Positions 18,871 through 28,748 of a stretch of DNA of 64,000 nt are shown one piece after another. The first letter of the stretch is position 1. Every line of letters begins with the position of its first letter. Below the pieces are notes generated by a model. That model saw only the letters and a program-made list of their open reading frames with translations. It had not been told where the DNA came from and did no database searches. Both the position numbers and the translations under genes were made by a program. The DNA comes from Rhodospirillaceae bacterium (GTDB lineage Bacteria > Pseudomonadota > Alphaproteobacteria > Rhodospirillales > Rhodospirillaceae): positions 2,370 to 66,369 of the forward strand of contig SHWP01000011.1 in the NCBI GenBank assembly GCA_009693785.1, written 5' to 3'.

Positions 18871-19286
18871 ACCGGATCGTCCATGGCCGAGAGGTCGGGG
18901 CTGGAGGCAAACATCCAGCCATCGAAAACTTTATCGGTCGCACCCTTGACGCCGGTTTTGACAATCTCCAGCAATACGGAACTTTCTGGGGTTTCTTCGG
19001 GCGGACGCGTGTAACAACTTTTGGCCAGAATTTCGAGGCGGCCGAATTTTACCGGCAGTCCCACCGGCACGCGCAAGGTTTGCACCCGCGCCGTGACCTT
19101 ATCGAGCGCACGCAATACGGCCGTGTCGGTTTGAATGTCGGTTGCCTGGGCGGTCAGGCTGAACATGGTTACAACAACCACACACGTCATTCCCGCAAAA
19201 GCGGGAATCCACCTTTTCCCTGTTCTTGATGCGTCATGGACCCCCGCTTTCGCGGGGGTGACAGTTGCTTTGGTTTTGGTTTGCAT
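18816..19286 (-). CDS. DUF2155 domain protein (5' end overlaps a hairpin repeat element)
   Basis: The C-terminal two thirds look like DUF2155 (LRALDKVTARV...GRLEILAKSCYTRPPEE...DGWMFASSP). It sits in the usual NDUFA12-like/MlaD context. The start is uncertain, with an alternative ATG at 19166. Confidence 0.6.
   Translation of the reverse strand: MQTKTKATVTPAKAGVHDASRTGKRWIPAFAGMTCVVVVTMFSLTAQATDIQTDTAVLRALDKVTARVQTLRVPVGLPVKFGRLEILAKSCYTRPPEETPESSVLLEIVKTGVKGATDKVFDGWMFASSPDLSAMDDPVYDIWVLACENKTASSSR
19186..19262. repeat. Pair of GC-rich hairpins (REP/MITE-like element) encoding the tell-tale IPAFAGMT peptide
   Basis: The first hairpin is ATTCCCGC-AAAA-GCGGGAAT (19189-19208). The second is CCCCCGC-TTTC-GCGGGGG (19241-19258). 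Both are preceded by CGTCAT. Confidence 0.5.
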
Positions 19287-19299
19287 GAGCGAGATGAAA

Positions 19300-19770
19300 C
19301 TACTCGTTCGCGGCTTTTTCTTCGGGCTTCTTGGTCGCCAGAAAAATAATCTCGCCCACGAGGTCTTCGACCGATTGGAAGGCGCGGGTTTTGGCGATCA
19401 CGCCGCCATCGGCCATGGCTTGCGTTGCCTTGCCAGGAATCAAGTTGACGTATTTGCCGCCCAGCAGCCCATCACTGACAATGGCGGCTTCAGTATCCTG
19501 CGGCAATTTCACGTCGCCCGAAATCGACATAGCGACCGTGGCTTGATACGTCGCGGGGTCAAGCGACTGACCAGTCACGGTGCCCACGCGAATGCCGCTA
19601 ATGCGCACGTCGCTGCCCGTCTCAAGCCCGCCGACCTTGATGAATTTCGCCGTTACCCCATAGCCCGTGATGGCTTGGATGTCGGCGGTGGTGTAGGCAA
19701 ACGCCATGAACATGCCCGCGATGACCAGCACCACGGCGCCCAAGACGGTTTCGATGGGATTGCGTTTCAT
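19300..19770 (-). CDS. MlaD/MCE-domain protein (paralog 1)
   Basis: It has an N-terminal TM helix followed by an MCE domain (VRISGIRVGTVTG...GLLGGKYVNLIPG). Confidence 0.75.
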   Translation of the reverse strand: MKRNPIETVLGAVVLVIAGMFMAFAYTTADIQAITGYGVTAKFIKVGGLETGSDVRISGIRVGTVTGQSLDPATYQATVAMSISGDVKLPQDTEAAIVSDGLLGGKYVNLIPGKATQAMADGGVIAKTRAFQSVEDLVGEIIFLATKKPEEKAANE

Positions 19771-19779
19771 GACGGCTGC

Positions 19780-20265
19780 CTATTGGGGTTGAGCGTCGTT
19801 AGCTCTTTTCGTCGTGGCCTTGGCCTGCTCGACAATTTTCGTAATCAAGTCCTCGATAATTATGGAATCTTGCGTATATGCGATGCGTGCGCCGGATTTG
19901 AGATTCTCGGTGCTGCCCCCCGGCTGCAACTCGATATATTTCGTGCCGAACACGCCGTCGGTCTCGATCAGCGCCGCCGAGTCATCGGGCAAGGGTATGT
20001 CTTGATTCAGTTCAAGGGTCATGACCGCGCGGTAGCGATCATCCAAAGCCACCGCGCTAATGCTGCCGATCTTGATCCCGGCCATGCGAACCGGCGCGCC
20101 CAGATGCAAACCATCGGCGTGGGTAAATTCGACAACATATGTGGCAGCTGCGTTCTGCGCCCGGTTATCGCTGCGGTTACCGAGGGCGGTGAGGGTTAAG
20201 CCCAACACCGCGACCAGCAATGCGGCAACACCGACAAACGTTTCGCGGCTCTCGGCCTTGGTCAT
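19780..20265 (-). CDS. MlaD/MCE-domain protein (paralog 2)
   Basis: It has an N-terminal TM helix followed by an MCE domain (VRMAGIKIGSISAV...GVFGTKYIELQPG). Confidence 0.7.
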   Translation of the reverse strand: MTKAESRETFVGVAALLVAVLGLTLTALGNRSDNRAQNAAATYVVEFTHADGLHLGAPVRMAGIKIGSISAVALDDRYRAVMTLELNQDIPLPDDSAALIETDGVFGTKYIELQPGGSTENLKSGARIAYTQDSIIIEDLITKIVEQAKATTKRANDAQPQ

Positions 20266-20272
20266 CGGTTGT

Positions 20273-20623
20273 TTATGACTTCGGAGTCCAGGCGACGTAA
20301 TCGCCCCCGGCTTTGGCGCGCTGACCGCCGCGCTGATCGTGTCCGGGCGGCAAGTACGCTTGCGCCGTACCGGTCAAATTCGGCAGGTGCGGCTTTTCCC
20401 AAGCATGGCTTGGCGTGGTGATCGGCTCATCCACCGTGTGATGCAGCCAGGCATGCCATTCGGCGGGCACTTTCGAAGCCTCGGGCTCACTCTTGTAGAT
20501 CACCCAGCGCTCAAAGCGGGCGTCGGCGCGGCGGCGTTTGGACTGGTAGTAGACATTGCCATAGTCGTCCGTACCGACCTTTTCGCCGTGGAATTTTGTG
20601 TGCAACCAATTGCCAAGACTCAT
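20273..20623 (-). CDS. NADH:ubiquinone oxidoreductase subunit NDUFA12-like protein
   Basis: The pattern GTDDYGNVYYQSK...RWVIY...VPAEWHAWLHHT is typical of this family. Confidence 0.8.
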   Translation of the reverse strand: MSLGNWLHTKFHGEKVGTDDYGNVYYQSKRRRADARFERWVIYKSEPEASKVPAEWHAWLHHTVDEPITTPSHAWEKPHLPNLTGTAQAYLPPGHDQRGGQRAKAGGDYVAWTPKS

Positions 20624-20765
20624 GTCAGCTCATTCCTTCACAACGGCGATTCTGGACGCAGAAAAAGGTGGAAACAGGTCGGCAATATGTCGGGTTTCGG
20701 CCTAACCGTCCAGGTAATGGTCGGGCGGCTGGGCCGACCTCTAGCCACACCTAAAAGTCGCAAAA

Positions 20766-20813
20766 CCCCTATATATTGCGTCCTATGCATCTATAACACA
20801 CAAAATGTATTGA
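20766..20813 (+). promoter_or_regulatory. Candidate tandem NrdR boxes upstream of nrdJ
   Basis: Box 1 (20766-20781, cccCTATATATTGcgt) fits acaCwAtATaTwGtgt well. Box 2 (20798-20813, acaCAAAATGTATTga) fits more weakly. Their centres are 32 bp apart, about three helical turns. Confidence 0.5.
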
Positions 20814-21002
20814 ATCTGGGCTGCTCTTTTCATACAGTTTTTCCCGTCCGTGCAAGGCCTTAACAGCGCCGCACGGCACACGACGAGGGCCGAGGGGAAG
20901 GCACGAGGAGAGACCGATCTAGGCCGCAGCCGAATACGGCGCGCGGGTCGGTTGGGTTCGTGCCTGACACCCCACCCCGGTGCAGTTTCGGAAAGGTTGC
21001 CC

Positions 21003-24000
21003 ATGCGGATTCCCAGGCGTTTTACGGTCGAAGGCCGCTCGCCTTACGACAAAATGACATTCCGGACCATCGCCAGCGAGATTTCCAACCCCGATGGCAC
21101 CAAGGTTTTCAGCCAAGCCGAGGTCACGGTTCCCGAACACTGGTCGCAAGTCGCAAGCGACGTGCTAGCGCAGAAATATTTCCGCCGTTCGGGCGTGCCC
21201 GCACGCCTCATGCCAATCGCCGAAGACGACGTACCCGACTTTTTATGGCGGCATGCGGCGAACAAAAAAGAATTGAACGCTTTGCCCGAGGCCGAGCGCA
21301 TCATCGGCGAGCACGATGCCCGCCAAGTCTTCGACCGCCTGGCTGGCACGTGGGCCTATTGGGGTTGGAAAGCAGGCTATTTTGATTCCGATGCCGACGC
21401 GCGCGCCTTTTTCGACGAGTTGCGCTTCATGCTGGCCACGCAAATGGCAGCGCCCAATTCGCCGCAATGGTTCAACACGGGGCTGCATTGGGCCTATGGC
21501 ATCGAGGGCCCCTCGCAAGGGCATTATTATGTTGATTTCCAGTCAGGCGAACTGACCACGTCGACCGGCTCTTACGAACACCCCCAACCTCACGCCTGCT
21601 TCATTCAGTCCATCGCCGACGATTTGGTGAACGAGGGCGGGATCATGGATCTATGGGTGCGCGAAGCGCGACTGTTCAAATACGGTTCGGGCACCGGTAC
21701 GAATTTCTCAGGCCTACGCGGTGCGGGCGAGACACTCTCGGGCGGCGGCACGTCATCGGGCCTGATGAGTTTCTTGAAAATCGGCGACCGGGCTGCGGGC
21801 GCCATCAAGTCGGGCGGCACCACGCGGCGCGCGGCTAAAATGGTGATCCTCAATGCCGATCACCCCGACATCGAAGAGTTCGTTGAATGGAAAGTGCGCG
21901 AGGAGCAAAAAGTCGCGGCCATGAGTGCCGGCTCGAAGCTCGCGCACCGCCATCTCAATGCCATCTTACGCGCCTGCAAGGATTGGGACGGTGTGGATAG
22001 CGAGCAACGCTTCGACCCCAAGGCCAACGCCACCCTGCGCCGCGAAGTCAAAGCCGCCCGCGCGGTAATGATTCCAGAAAACTCCATTCGCCGCGCCATT
22101 CAATTCGCGCGTCAGGGCAAACCCTCCATCGATATTCCCATTTTAGATACCGATTGGGATTCGGAGGCCTATGCCACCGTGTCTGGCCAGAATTCCAACA
22201 ATAGCGTGCGCGTGACAGATAAATATCTGGCTGCCGTCGAGAACGATGAAGATTGGGCGTTGGTCAACCGCATTGGCGGCAAACCTGTCAAAACCATCAA
22301 GGCGCGCGCGCTGTGGGAGCGCATCGCCGAAGCCGCCTGGCAATGCGCCGACCCGGGCCTGCAGTTTGATTCCACCATCAACGATTGGCACACCTGCCCC
22401 ACCTCGGGGCGCATCAACGCCTCGAACCCGTGTTCGGAATATATGTTCCTCGACAACACGGCCTGCAACTTGGCGTCGCTGAACTTGCTCACCTTCCGCA
22501 AGAGCGACGGCACTTTTGATGTGACGGGTTTCGAACACGCCACCCGGCTGTGGACTATCGTGTTGGAAATCTCGGTGTTGATGGCGCAATTCCCATCAAA
22601 GGAAATCGCCCAACTTTCCTACAAATACCGCACGCTGGGCTTAGGATACGCCAATGTGGGCGGCTTGCTGATGGCCAATGGTCATGGCTATGACAGCACC
22701 GAGGGCCGCGCGCTTGCGGGTGCTATCACTGCGCTGATGACGGGCACGGCCTACGCCACCTCGGCCGAAATCGCCGAAGAACACGGTCCCTTCCCCGGCT
22801 TTGCGCCCAACCGCGATGACATGCTGCGCGTGATCCGCAACCATCGCCGCGCGGCCTACGGCCATCATTCGGGCCATGAGGGCTTAAGCATTAAGCCCAC
22901 GCCGCTCAATGCCGCCGACTGCCCCGACACCGTACTGATTGGCGCGGCCAAGCTTGCCTGGGATCGGGCGTTAGAATTGGGCGCGGCCAATGGCTTCCGA
23001 AACGCCCAAGTCAGCGTGATCGCACCCACCGGCACCATCGGCCTGGTGATGGATTGCGATACCACGGGCGTCGAGCCCGACTACGCGCTCGTGAAGTTCA
23101 AGAAGCTCGCCGGTGGCGGCTATTTCAAGATCATCAACCGCACTGTTCCGCTGGCTCTGAAAACGCTGGGCTACACTGAGGCCGAGATCGCCGACATCGA
23201 ACGCTATGCCACCGGTACCGGCTCGCTCGATGGCGCACCAGCCATCAACCCTGAAACGTTGCACGACCGGGGCTTTGACGACGAGGCCATCGAAAAAATC
23301 GAAGCCGCGCTTGAAAGCGCGTTCGATATCAAGTTTGTGTTTACCCGCTACACCTTGGGCGATGAATTTTGCCTTGAGACCTTGGGCTTTACCGAGGATC
23401 AATTGAACGATGTGGGCTTCAACATGCTTGAAGCCTTGGGCTATAAACGCGCCGAGATCGACGCAGCCAACGCCTATATCTGCGGCGCCATGACGCTGGA
23501 AGGTGCCCCACACCTCAAGCCTGAACACATCGGCATCTTCGATTGCGCCAGCCCCTGCGGGCGCACCGGCACGCGGGCGTTATCGGTCGATAGCCATATC
23601 CTGATGATGGCGGCTGTGCAGCCGTTCGTGTCGGGGGCGATCTCGAAAACCATCAACATGCCCCATAATGCGACCATCGAGGACTGCAAGCGCGCTTACC
23701 TGATGTCGTGGAAGCTGGGTCTAAAAGCCAACGCGCTGTATCGCGACGGCTCCAAGCTCTCGCAGCCTTTGGCTGCACTGTTTGACGACGACGAACTTGA
23801 TGACGATGAGGATATCGTCGAAACCGTGGTGCAACAGCCTGCGCAGGCGCGCGCGGAGGTCATCGCCGAACGCATCATCGAACGCGTGATCCAACGCGAG
23901 CGCCAAAAGCTACCGGCACGCCGCAAGGGCTATACCCAAAAAGCCAGCGTCGGTGGGCATAAAGTTTATTTGCGCACCGGCGAGTACGAAGACGGCCACC

Positions 24001-24710
24001 TGGGCGAAATCTTCATCGATATGCACAAGGAAGGCGCGGCCTTCCGCAGCCTGATGAACAACTTCGCCATCGCCATTTCCATTGGCCTGCAATACGGCGT
24101 GCCGCTGGAAGAATATGTCGATGCCTTCACCTTCACCCGGTTTGAGCCGGCGGGCGCGGTCGAAGGCAATGCCTCGATCAAAATGGCCACGTCGATTTTA
24201 GATTATCTGTTCCGCGAGTTGGCAGTCTCATACCTGGGCCGCCATGATTTGGCCCACGTGGAACCTCACGACGTGCTGCCCGATGCCATGGGCGATGGTG
24301 TGGCCGCCGAGAAACTGCTGCAACTAGCCGAGAAGACCATCTCGCAAGGCTATGTGCGCTCGAGCAATCTGTATTTCCTCAAACATCCGTCGCGCAATGG
24401 CGCCAATAACACCGGCTCATCGGGCGGCATTACGGCCAGCGTTTCTCACGCGGTCTCCTCACCCGCAGCTTCACCGGGCAGCCCCACAGCCATGGCCGGG
24501 ATGGGCCGGGTGATGGGTTCGGTCGCCGAGAAAATGGAAGTTAACGTGCGCGTGACCGAGGTCACGAAGTCGCGCACTAGTTCGCTCAACGTGGCGCGCA
24601 TGCAGGGCTACGAGGGCGACAATTGCCCCGAGTGCGGCAACTTCACGCTGGTGCGCAACGGCACATGCCTGAAGTGCGAAACTTGCGGCGGCACCACGGG
24701 ATGTTCGTAA
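21003..24710 (+). CDS. nrdJ: Adenosylcobalamin-dependent (class II) ribonucleotide reductase
   Basis: The product is about 1235 aa starting at the ATG at 21003 ([11 protein letters not shown]). Matching motifs are [21 protein letters not shown] and ISKTINMP, plus a C-terminal Cys-rich tail (CPECG...CLKCETCG). Confidence 0.92.
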   Translation: MRIPRRFTVEGRSPYDKMTFRTIASEISNPDGTKVFSQAEVTVPEHWSQVASDVLAQKYFRRSGVPARLMPIAEDDVPDFLWRHAANKKELNALPEAERIIGEHDARQVFDRLAGTWAYWGWKAGYFDSDADARAFFDELRFMLATQMAAPNSPQWFNTGLHWAYGIEGPSQGHYYVDFQSGELTTSTGSYEHPQPHACFIQSIADDLVNEGGIMDLWVREARLFKYGSGTGTNFSGLRGAGETLSGGGTSSGLMSFLKIGDRAAGAIKSGGTTRRAAKMVILNADHPDIEEFVEWKVREEQKVAAMSAGSKLAHRHLNAILRACKDWDGVDSEQRFDPKANATLRREVKAARAVMIPENSIRRAIQFARQGKPSIDIPILDTDWDSEAYATVSGQNSNNSVRVTDKYLAAVENDEDWALVNRIGGKPVKTIKARALWERIAEAAWQCADPGLQFDSTINDWHTCPTSGRINASNPCSEYMFLDNTACNLASLNLLTFRKSDGTFDVTGFEHATRLWTIVLEISVLMAQFPSKEIAQLSYKYRTLGLGYANVGGLLMANGHGYDSTEGRALAGAITALMTGTAYATSAEIAEEHGPFPGFAPNRDDMLRVIRNHRRAAYGHHSGHEGLSIKPTPLNAADCPDTVLIGAAKLAWDRALELGAANGFRNAQVSVIAPTGTIGLVMDCDTTGVEPDYALVKFKKLAGGGYFKIINRTVPLALKTLGYTEAEIADIERYATGTGSLDGAPAINPETLHDRGFDDEAIEKIEAALESAFDIKFVFTRYTLGDEFCLETLGFTEDQLNDVGFNMLEALGYKRAEIDAANAYICGAMTLEGAPHLKPEHIGIFDCASPCGRTGTRALSVDSHILMMAAVQPFVSGAISKTINMPHNATIEDCKRAYLMSWKLGLKANALYRDGSKLSQPLAALFDDDELDDDEDIVETVVQQPAQARAEVIAERIIERVIQRERQKLPARRKGYTQKASVGGHKVYLRTGEYEDGHLGEIFIDMHKEGAAFRSLMNNFAIAISIGLQYGVPLEEYVDAFTFTRFEPAGAVEGNASIKMATSILDYLFRELAVSYLGRHDLAHVEPHDVLPDAMGDGVAAEKLLQLAEKTISQGYVRSSNLYFLKHPSRNGANNTGSSGGITASVSHAVSSPAASPGSPTAMAGMGRVMGSVAEKMEVNVRVTEVTKSRTSSLNVARMQGYEGDNCPECGNFTLVRNGTCLKCETCGGTTGCS

Positions 24711-24746
24711 GAGCGCGGCCATGACACTGGGCAGGCCCGCGCGCTA

Positions 24747-25748
24747 ATGAACAGCATGCTTCCCGCGACCTTGGCTCAAGTCGCCACTTCAGATCCGGTG
24801 AAGATTTCAGGTTTTGGCGTATCCCAACGCGTGCCCGAGGATTTGTCGGCCTGCTTTGCCGAATTCTTACGCCGCATCGTGCCCACCAGCCCCGCCTACA
24901 TGGCCGCACGAAATGCCGGTGTGGAGATTGCGGGCGTGCTGCGTGATGAACTCTACCGCAACGCGACCATCGAAGTGGCCGAGACTGACCACATTGTTGT
25001 GGGCAGCGTGGGCAAACGCACCGCCATCGCGCCTATCCGCGTGGTCGACTTGCTCTATGCCTTGCCGCCTAAACTTGGTCTCATCAAAGCCGCCGATGCG
25101 CTGAAGATGACCTGGGCCGTGGTAAAATCGCGCCACCCCGAAACCCAGATCGCCGAGGACCAATCGGGCGTCATCGTTCCGCGCGCTGGCATAACGGTGA
25201 AGATTCTGCCGTGTTTGCCGCGCGAGGGCGCATTCTTGGTGCCGGGCCCGCCCACGCTTGACCGCGCCTCGGGGTGGAGCATCACCAACCCCATCGCCGA
25301 AGCGGCCACGTTGCGCCTGATGGACAGCATGTACGGCAGCCGCCCGCGGTTGTTGCTGGCGGTGTTGAAGGCCTGGCGGAATACCAACGAGGTGCCGATT
25401 TCATCCTTCGCGTTGGAACTGCTGGCGCAGGATTTTTATACCAGCGCGCCACGGCCCTATGCTTTGGCACCAGCGCTGGTGGATTTCTGGGCGTGGTCGC
25501 GCAAACGCACGCCCGCCACATTGCGCCCGCCGGGCGCATCCACGCATGTCGTCATCGATGATGCCTGGCATGGCAAGGCCAAGGCCGCCTATTGGCGCGC
25601 GACCTTGGGCGAGTATCACGTAGGCCAAGGCAAGGTGGTGGACGCAGCGCTCGAATGGCGGCTCACGTTCGGGCCAAAGTTCCCGGTGCCGGGCGACCGC
25701 GCCGAGACCCTGCCCTTGTTCCGCGAGAAAGCCCGCCGCCACGCCTAA
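24747..25748 (+). CDS. OAS/CD-NTase (SMODS)-like nucleotidyltransferase-fold protein with degenerate catalytic triad
   Basis: The motifs [38 protein letters not shown] and ISSFALELL line up with OAS1 [37 protein letters not shown] and PQYALELL. Confidence 0.55.
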   Translation: [333 protein letters not shown]

Positions 25749-25757
25749 AATTAACCT

Positions 25758-25795
25758 TAGTGTACCCGGTACATAAGAGTTGTACATAAGAGTTC
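25758..25795. repeat. REP copy 1 (17/19 match) followed by a 13-bp tandem duplication
   Basis: The copy TAGTGTACCCGGTACATAA lies at 25758-25776. TACATAAGAGTT(G/C) is repeated at 25770-25782 and 25783-25795. Confidence 0.8.
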
Positions 25796-27018
25796 TAACT
25801 GAGAATTCCGAGCGGTTTGTAGGCAATGGTGGGAAATACTTTCTCCAGCGCCGTTTGATTGTGGCGCTTAGTCAATACCTCGCCGAGCACTTGGCGGTAG
25901 TCGGTTGTCACGCGCAAGTCGCCTTCATCGAGATCTTTGTTCGCGAGGCCCGGCCACTGGCCATAGATCTTTCCGCCACTCACGCCCGCGCCCAGCACCA
26001 TCATCACGCCGCCCGCGCCGTGTTCAGTTCCGCCGTTGCCGTTTTCCGCCACGCGGCGGCCGAACTCGCTAAAGGCCACCACGGTGACACGGTTGGCCAA
26101 ATCGCCTAAATCCCGGAAGAACGCTGTCAACGAGCGCGCCAACTCGTCTGCTTGGCGGCCAAAACTTTCAACGAGAAAGTCGTGATGGTCCCAGCCACCG
26201 AAATCAACCGTGGCCACGCGCACACCGAGATCAAGCTTCAGCAGTTTCGCAAGCGGTTTGAGGCGGTAGGACAATGGGCCAAACGTATAACCCGGGTCAT
26301 CGTTTGGATTGTTGGGGGGTAAATTCCCAATCCGCTCGCGGATGGCATCAACCGCATTCAATGAATGACGAATGGAATCAGGCAATGCCCCTTCGCCCGC
26401 GTTCAATTTCCGTATCACTTCGCCATAGGGGCCGTAGACCGAGTAGGCAAAGGCGTCGATATCTGAAAACGACATGGTGCCCGCGAAGCCAACCAAAGAT
26501 GGTGACTGCCCAAAGCCATTGGCCACGGCGTCAAAATCGCCGCGCGCGCCTTCCAGCGCGCTCATGTGGCGCGCCAGCCAGCCCGAGTTCGGATCGGCTT
26601 CGAAATCCGCCATGCCCTTGTCGAGCATATCCTGGTCTTTGAAATGGCTGCGGCTGGTGGTGGTGATGCCAGCGGCATGGACAAATGCCAGTCTCTTTTC
26701 GTCATAAAATTTCTTCAAGCCGCCTGCACGCGGATGCAAGAACATCGGCACGCCGTCAAGCGCGCCGAGATTAAGACCCGCTGCCAATCCGTCGCTGCGC
26801 ACGGCGATGAAGGGCCGTTTGTCACGATAATTGCCGTCATCGGCCGGGGCGAGTAGTTGCAAGCCATCCATGCCAAAACGCAAGAACAGCGAAATGACGA
26901 TGTTACCTTCGCCTGCGGCTGGCGCATCGGCGCCAAAAGCCACGCGCACACCCGGCGCTAACGACAAGAACGAACCTGCGGCGGCAGAGGAGATGAGCGA
27001 GCGGCGGGTGATTGTCAT
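25795..27018 (-). CDS. DUF1501 domain protein (sulfatase-like, Tat signal)
   Basis: It has a twin-arginine N-terminus (MTITRRSLISSAAAG) and the FGGWDHH and SEFGRR motifs. It is paired with DUF1800, as is usual. Confidence 0.8.
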   Translation of the reverse strand: MTITRRSLISSAAAGSFLSLAPGVRVAFGADAPAAGEGNIVISLFLRFGMDGLQLLAPADDGNYRDKRPFIAVRSDGLAAGLNLGALDGVPMFLHPRAGGLKKFYDEKRLAFVHAAGITTTSRSHFKDQDMLDKGMADFEADPNSGWLARHMSALEGARGDFDAVANGFGQSPSLVGFAGTMSFSDIDAFAYSVYGPYGEVIRKLNAGEGALPDSIRHSLNAVDAIRERIGNLPPNNPNDDPGYTFGPLSYRLKPLAKLLKLDLGVRVATVDFGGWDHHDFLVESFGRQADELARSLTAFFRDLGDLANRVTVVAFSEFGRRVAENGNGGTEHGAGGVMMVLGAGVSGGKIYGQWPGLANKDLDEGDLRVTTDYRQVLGEVLTKRHNQTALEKVFPTIAYKPLGILS

Positions 27019-27026
27019 GGGCCTAC

Positions 27027-28601
27027 CTACCGCAACACGAATTCAGGTGCCGCCGCGATGGCAATCACCATGTTTTGCAGATCGCTTTCGTTTGGACTCC
27101 ATGGGCCTGAGGCCGAGCCAAATCCTGCCCCATTGCTGGCATAAGAATAGAGCGCCTTCATGGCATCGGGGCTCAGGCTATAACCGACCATCCGGCCAAC
27201 CCAGTAGTCCACCGTAGCAACAATCGAACTTTGCGCTTCGACGGGGGTTTGATCTTTGAGATTCACCTTCAGTCCCGATGTCGCGACTTGGCCGAACGCA
27301 TCGCGCATATACTGCCAGGTCGTGATGTTGACGAAGGTATTCAGCCAAAAGCTATTCACGTCGGGGCGGCCATTGGGCGTGGGCCACACGAACGGACTGT
27401 CGTTGAGATCGCCCAGGATCGTGGTCCAATAAAGGTTGGCATTGACGATGGTATCGGTCGCCCGCCACAGCGCCATCAGGCGCTCGTAGGGACGGCGCAC
27501 TTTCACCGCAGGCCCCGTGCCAACTTCAGGCCCCTCCAGCAAGATGGCCCGCAACACCTGAGCGATTTGGTCGGGGCTTTCGCGGTGCTTGGTCCAAGCT
27601 TGAACGGCGCGCGTGACCACCGCCTCGGGCGGTGTATCGCCAAAAATGCGACGGCAAATTTTGGTGCAGACAAAAATTGGCGTGGCGGGATGATAGGCAA
27701 CGAGGTCCAGCACCTTCTGGCCTTGCGCCATGTCGGCCGTCAGTGTGCTGAGATCAAAGCCCAAACATATTCCAGCCGAGGTATTGTGCTGGGGTTTGTA
27801 GTAGGTGAAATTCCCGGTGGAGTCCTTGAATGGAATTTGCCCCTTCTCTAGCGTCCAGCCTGACAGTGCGCGGGCAGCTTGCAGCACGTCGGCATCAGTA
27901 AAGCCATTGCTCAATGAATCGGGCCCCAGCGGCACCTTACCCAGATAAGCCCCCTCGCCCATGGTGTGCAGTTCCATCAGCTCGCGGGCGTAATTCTCGT
28001 TGGGCAGCGCAGCCGTGCTGTCAGCGTTATCGAGGTAGATCAGCATCGCGGGGGATTTGGTCACGCCCTCGATGATTTGGCGGAAATTGCCGAACACGTT
28101 GGGGCGGATGACATCGCGCTCGAAGGCCACCAGCTCATTCTCGACAAACGTCGCCTTGCTCCGGCCAATGTTGAAATGATTGATCCAGAAGTCGGTCATG
28201 AACTCGCGCAGCTGAAACTTGCTATGGGCGTTACGGATAAAAATGGCCGAGCAATGCTCCACCCGCGGCCAGCCTTGCTCGCCGAAGGAGTAATTCTCGG
28301 CCACGCCGCGCGCGAGCCGCCATAACTTCTCGACGTTTGCATAGAGGTAGGTGAACGGCCGAAACTCATCGAGCTCCGGCCATTTGAAATCGAGGTAAGA
28401 GCCAGCCGGATATTTGTAGTGCAGCCGCTGCGAAGCCATGTAGGCAGCCAGTTGCGGGTCATCGCCCGTGGGCGGGCGCAATTGCTCTTCAACCCAGGCG
28501 GTCCACCCGGAGCGTTCGACGCCGGCCACATCGGCCTCGCGCGCACCAAAGGTGGTGCGATTGAGCGCGATCCGCGCGAAGGATGGCTTGTCGTCGAGCA
28601 T
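27027..28601 (-). CDS. DUF1800 domain protein
   Basis: The product is 524 aa. The HFNI..., YLDN and ENYARELMELHTMG patterns are typical of DUF1800. It lies directly upstream of DUF1501. Confidence 0.8.
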   Translation of the reverse strand: MLDDKPSFARIALNRTTFGAREADVAGVERSGWTAWVEEQLRPPTGDDPQLAAYMASQRLHYKYPAGSYLDFKWPELDEFRPFTYLYANVEKLWRLARGVAENYSFGEQGWPRVEHCSAIFIRNAHSKFQLREFMTDFWINHFNIGRSKATFVENELVAFERDVIRPNVFGNFRQIIEGVTKSPAMLIYLDNADSTAALPNENYARELMELHTMGEGAYLGKVPLGPDSLSNGFTDADVLQAARALSGWTLEKGQIPFKDSTGNFTYYKPQHNTSAGICLGFDLSTLTADMAQGQKVLDLVAYHPATPIFVCTKICRRIFGDTPPEAVVTRAVQAWTKHRESPDQIAQVLRAILLEGPEVGTGPAVKVRRPYERLMALWRATDTIVNANLYWTTILGDLNDSPFVWPTPNGRPDVNSFWLNTFVNITTWQYMRDAFGQVATSGLKVNLKDQTPVEAQSSIVATVDYWVGRMVGYSLSPDAMKALYSYASNGAGFGSASGPWSPNESDLQNMVIAIAAAPEFVLR

Positions 28602-28729
28602 GTGACGCAGGACACCACCGGGTCAGTAGCCACTCACAAGCGGACATACCGACGCCCGTCGCCTATGACATCTAGCCCTCATTACGTAACGCTGGAAAGG
28701 TGCGCTAAGTTTCTAAAAATCAACAATAA

Positions 28730-28748
28730 CTATGTACCGGGTACATAA
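28730..28748. repeat. REP copy 2 (18/19, opposite central base)
   Basis: The sequence CTATGTACCGGGTACATAA abuts the serA stop codon. Confidence 0.85.

Noticed and set aside
14546-20199. Long antisense ORFs (14546..15514 +, 16361..17479 -, 17672..18178 -, 19135..20199 +)
   Set aside because: They lie opposite strongly recognisable genes (thiG, accB/accC, mlaD-like). Their Arg/Gly/His-rich compositions are typical of GC-rich antisense frames, and they show no motifs.
20815-21002. Cobalamin riboswitch upstream of nrdJ
   Set aside because: There is only a weak resemblance to a B12 box (GGAGAGACCG) and no GCCACTG core. B12 riboswitches normally control B12-independent RNRs rather than nrdJ.
24747-28601. 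CBASS or other cyclic-oligonucleotide defence operon around the OAS/CD-NTase-like gene
   Set aside because: No effector, Cap2/Cap3 or other partner gene is adjacent. The neighbouring genes are nrdJ (same strand) and a convergent DUF1501/DUF1800 pair. The NTase catalytic residues also look degenerate.
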